From: a virus
Taxonomy: Duplodnaviria; Heunggongvirae; Uroviricota; Caudoviricetes
IMG/VR virus record: IMGVR_UViG_3300045972_000219
Length of the DNA: 64,000 bases
Direction: 5' to 3' (one strand)
This document shows positions 63,179 to 64,000 of this stretch, piece after piece. Every line of letters starts with the position of its first letter. The stretch's first letter is position 1. The notes beneath the pieces were generated by a model. The model ran no database searches. It saw nothing but the letters and a program-made list of their open reading frames with translations, and was not told the origin of the DNA. Position numbers and translations under genes: made by a program.

Positions 63179-64000
63179 AGTGACATAAAGTACGCAAGGC
63201 TTACAAGTTGGATCGTCACAAATTATTCCTTCGTTATGCTCAACAGCCCACTTGACTACATTCAATAGAAAGCCAGATTTCCAGCCGCCAGTATCTCCAA
63301 GGATTAGATATGTTCTTGCAGATTGAAAGCCACCATTAAGCATTTCATTTAGTTTATGAATACCAGTCTTAATGATATTGGATGGTTTCTTTAGATCTGT
63401 AATAGATGTAGAGAAAGCAGTATCTAAACTCTCCGCACTGGTTGAGAAATCGTGTGCGGCATGTTTGTTCATCAGTGTAAGAGATGACATTTCTTTATAA
63501 ATAGTACCTATAAGACTCTTAAATCCTTCGCAATATGATCTAAGGTTATCATAGTTACTAGTGCGTAAATCCTGCACGTATGTTTCTAATGCATCTTGAT
63601 GAAAGAATATAAAAGAATAGTTCAATCTATCAGCGGTATATTCTTCAATGAACATTACCTGACTATTAGATAATTCTTCTTCTTCTTGCAATTCAACTAT
63701 ATCGTGAAGTATAGCTTCACCTTCTTCTCCAAATCTACCTTCTCTGATCTTCTGATAAATGATACTGAGTTCATCAATCCTATGATCAATTAAACTCTTA
63801 AGTAGAATCTCTAGTACGTGGATTCTAGCTCTAATCTCTCTATCAGTCTCATATGCAGTAACATCAATAATTTCTATAAGTTTTTTAAGATCTCTTAGTT
63901 TCTTAAATGTGATCATTGAGTTATCAGATACACAGTATCTAATCATAAAATCCAATACACTAACAGATAAATCTATTTGAATCTTTGTTACTTCCCTCTT
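63179..64000 (-). CDS. dnaB: DnaB-like replicative helicase, exon 1 (5' end runs off the window)
   Basis: IKTGIHKLNEMLNGGF, Walker A-like GDTGGWKSGFL; the frame stays open to position 64000. Confidence 0.88.

Noticed and set aside
1-64000. tRNA/rRNA genes, integrase, or nucleus-shell (chimallin)/tubulin genes
   Set aside because: None was recognised by eye. Intergenic gaps are short and explained by hairpins and promoters, so no claim is made about a nucleus-forming lifestyle.

Overview
AT-rich segment of a lytic jumbo phage of the phiKZ/AR9/phiR1-37 type. The evidence is two separate RNA polymerase beta C-terminal subunits, RecA, DnaB, an NAD-dependent ligase, a split class II RNR, a baseplate spike/PAAR/gp53 module, overlapping spanins and about 22 kb of tail-fibre/receptor-binding genes. 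Four group I introns, each carrying a homing endonuclease, interrupt recA, the RNAP beta gene (twice) and dnaB; I reconstructed their splice junctions by hand. The top finding is a compact operon (11700-17130) encoding an E2-like protein, an E1/ThiF, a probable beta-grasp Ubl ending in DAAA and a JAB/JAMM protease, i.e. a candidate phage-encoded ubiquitin-like conjugation system. Other highlights: (1) 13 upstream copies of the AR9 late-promoter consensus AACA-N6-T(A/G), which hints at a uracil-DNA phage; (2) an output-less TM-Cache-PAS sensor coupled to a holin-like gene; (3) a hemerythrin with all iron ligands; (4) a possible C-terminal DGGxF / N-terminal KRS..GE docking code among the fibre proteins; (5) a beta-propeller adhesin array that includes a propeller-less member. 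All calls come from motif recognition by eye; no database searches were run.
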